A stretch of 64,000 nucleotides of DNA from Hormiphora californensis (Eukaryota; Animalia; Ctenophora), in contig CM035357.1 of NCBI GenBank assembly GCA_020137815.1, positions 2,790,001 to 2,854,000 on the forward strand. Reading direction: 5' to 3'. A program made the translations under genes and the position numbers. Within the stretch, counting starts at the first letter, position 1, and each line of letters begins with the position of its first letter. This document shows positions 61,561-64,000 of this stretch, piece by piece. The notes beneath the pieces are model-generated. The model saw only the letters and a list, made by a program, of their open reading frames with translations. It was not told the origin of the DNA and searched no databases.

Positions 61561-62232
61561 CTCCCAATTTAGTTAGTATTCAACCTATAGTTGGCCCTTC
61601 GGGTGATTCTGAAAGACACAAAATGATCGCCAAAAACCTCGTGTGAAAATCTATCTGTTGGTCCTAGTTTTTAATAATTTATTCTGGTATCGAATCTAGA
61701 TAGATAGATCTTCTCCTTCTTCTCCATCATCATGCATTGTTTCTCAGGAACCGACCGAAACAAGTAAACAACCAATCAGAACTCGTTATTTAGGTCACGT
61801 GACTGGATATCAGCCAATAAGGAATCAGTATTTCCTGATTCGGTCGGTTCCTGGAATTTCTGATGGTAGATTCAATCCTTCTCCATGGTCATACCACCCA
61901 ATTCCCTTGGTCAAAAATACACGATGGCTATACGTTTGAAAGTAAAATATATCAGCTAAATATCAGTTACATAGCACTCTTATATTGTATTTCAGACGCA
62001 CTCTCTTTAAGTAGTTTTACTTGGCAAACAATTCTGAAATAATTCTTCTTTAGCATTCTAATCAGCTGGATGATCATACCGAAGTTCAATGAACTCATGT
62101 ATATTATCTCGAGGGATCGGGCCCTCAGCTGCCACTTCAGTAGAGGTAAACCCCTTCCAGGAACCGAGCGACACAATTGTAAACAACCAATCATAACTCG
62201 TTATTTAGGTCACGTGACTGGCTATCAGCCAA

Positions 62233-63111
62233 TCAGGGACCAGCTGTAGAGGTAAACCCCTTCACTTCTGTTGATGTCACAATACGCGTCTCCGCAGTTG
62301 TTGCCGGTAGTGGAGGGGTGACTGCCTCACCAACCTCCGCAGATACTGTTTTATTACGAAACATACTGCGAACAGAATCCAGTCCGCTGCAGCATTGACC
62401 TATCAGCTGCTTTCTTAAAATGACCAGCGGGTTTATTACCGCGTTAACCACCATCAAAACCATCAGCGCAAGGTAGGAAGCATAAAAAGCAGTATGACTA
62501 GCAGTGGAATCGCTATTTGCAAATAAAACCAGTCCCCACATAATCGCACCACTGATATTGGTAAGGAGGAACACAACACCCAGTAGAACAACTGTAACGG
62601 CAGCGTTCCTGCGTTGTTGATCTCTTTCTGCTGCGACGTCTGATTTTCGGATAAGAAGGATGCATGTCCAAACTGTTAGCACAAGGTTAACCAGGACAAT
62701 TCCAGTTGCACAAATGAAAAACGTCCAGTTCGTTGAAACTGTTGCCTGCATAATATATATAAGAATCGCTGGTGTAATTGTTCCCATAGCCAACAGCACA
62801 GTAGAGATTGACCAGAATAAAGTCTTGTTTATTTGGTAAAATGGCCGGGACATGGCTAAAAGTCGAGCACCACCAATTATACAAGTCCAAATTCCAGAAG
62901 TCTGATTGACAAAGATGTTTATGAACAACAACTCAATCCCTGAAGTTATATACAGAATTCCGATAACACAAATACTGAGGTCAATAAAGTTTAAAACTAT
63001 GTAGAGTTGCCTCGGGAACCCTTTTCTTCTGAAGTTGTAGTACAGGGAGTACACGTTGTTTAGGATACCAGCCAGTCCTAAAGCGATCCCACACCATTGG
63101 TGTATAGACAT
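62233..63111 (-). CDS. Intronless orphan class A GPCR with MITE-truncated C-terminus
   Basis: GILNN, LNFIDL, GGARLLAMSRPF, AAVTVVLLGVVFLLTN and NAVINPLVIL. Likely ATG at 63111, just after a ttttcag acceptor. Confidence 0.85.
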   Translation of the reverse strand: MSIHQWCGIALGLAGILNNVYSLYYNFRRKGFPRQLYIVLNFIDLSICVIGILYITSGIELLFINIFVNQTSGIWTCIIGGARLLAMSRPFYQINKTLFWSISTVLLAMGTITPAILIYIMQATVSTNWTFFICATGIVLVNLVLTVWTCILLIRKSDVAAERDQQRRNAAVTVVLLGVVFLLTNISGAIMWGLVLFANSDSTASHTAFYASYLALMVLMVVNAVINPLVILRKQLIGQCCSGLDSVRSMFRNKTVSAEVGEAVTPPLPATTAETRIVTSTEVKGFTSTAGP

Positions 63112-63410
63112 CAGCGGGTGAAAACTTTTCACTGAAAAGTTGTCGTATAAATCCCGCCCGCTATTATAAAAAGCATGGATGTTTTTGCCGCTAATGTTAA
63201 TAATCAATAAATCTGGTGTTGAGGAACAATTATCAAAATGGAATACAGAGACAAATTATGTTAATTAGCACATGTTTAGAGGTCGTGTCGAAGCTCCAAA
63301 CAAATGTATCAAAAACTGGAACAATTGGGAGGGTTCGATGTAGAGGGATCGACTCTACTATCCTTGCGGCTTGCATATTTGAGGTCCTACGGTGTGCGGA
63401 CTCTAGTGCT

Positions 63411-63560
63411 ACACTCTAAGTCTAAAGAGGACTCTATATCTAAATTTAGATTTAGATAAAGAGTCCAAATAATTCTAAACTCTAGGAGGACTCTTTATCT
63501 AAAAAGTCTACACAGGGCGGACTCTTTATCTAAAAAGTCTAAACAAAGTGGACTCTATAT
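63411..63560. repeat. Repeat with internal ggactctttatctaaaaagtcta units
   Basis: Internal tandem and inverted units; degraded copies at 32500-33000. Confidence 0.7.
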
Positions 63561-64000
63561 CTTTGTATAAGCACGTTTTATAGAGTGAGTACACTCTCTT
63601 ATGATAACCTTTCAAATTTTAAGAATTACATGCAGAATCTTTCGAGGAATAGAAGTTTTAAGAGACATGTACTTGTTGGAGATTTCAATTTCCCGTCTGT
63701 AAATTGGCCTGAGGGCACCTCTGGGAATGCACTTGAGAGAGATTTTATTGATTTCTTGTGTGGTGAACTTGGTCACTCACAGTTAGTGAGTTCTTCTACG
63801 CATATTTCGAGTAACACGTTAGATCTACTCTTTACGAATTGTCCAGAGCTTGTTAAGCAGTTGTCTGTCTGTGATTTGAACCAGGTCTGCTGCTCAGATC
63901 ACTTTGGATTGAAGTTTAGAATTAACCTTAAATTTGATCGGAGTAGCAGATCACCCAGATACCGGTATGATTTTAGAAATTTTAATTTTCTTAGTCTGAA
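63561..64000 (+). mobile_element. LINE ORF2 apurinic-endonuclease domain, 5'-truncated, running off the window
   Basis: Open frame reads STFYR..HVLVGDFNFPSVNW..THISSNTLDLLFTN..SDHFG; absent from the supplied ORF track. Confidence 0.9.

Overview
AT-rich, intron-containing animal genomic DNA, not prokaryotic. The repeat landscape, especially a 108-bp CAGGAACCGACCGAA-ended element I recall from Pleurobrachia gene models, plus LDLa-GPCRs suggests a ctenophore; this is inference. Genes reconstructed by hand from GT-AG exons: a ZIP/SLC39 zinc transporter (+), an intronless LDLa-7TM GPCR lacking LRRs (-), a prolyl 3-hydroxylase/leprecan-type 2OG-Fe(II) oxygenase ending in RDEL (+), a 8-exon class A GPCR (-), a CD225/dispanin gene with two paralogous candidate first exons (-), an F5/8C+SUEL lectin with an in-frame stop (-), IFT27/RABL4 broken in exon 3 (+) with a frameshifted GPCR nested in intron 1, a secreted F5/8C-type exon (-) and an intronless GPCR truncated by a MITE (-). 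The rest is LINE fragments, many MITE/foldback elements, non-autonomous Helitrons (including a three-element head-to-tail array), a palindrome with a candidate hammerhead ribozyme, and microsatellites. About 30.1-34.9 kb looks like low-accuracy sequence. I found no clearly novel multi-gene system; the best leads are listed in findings.
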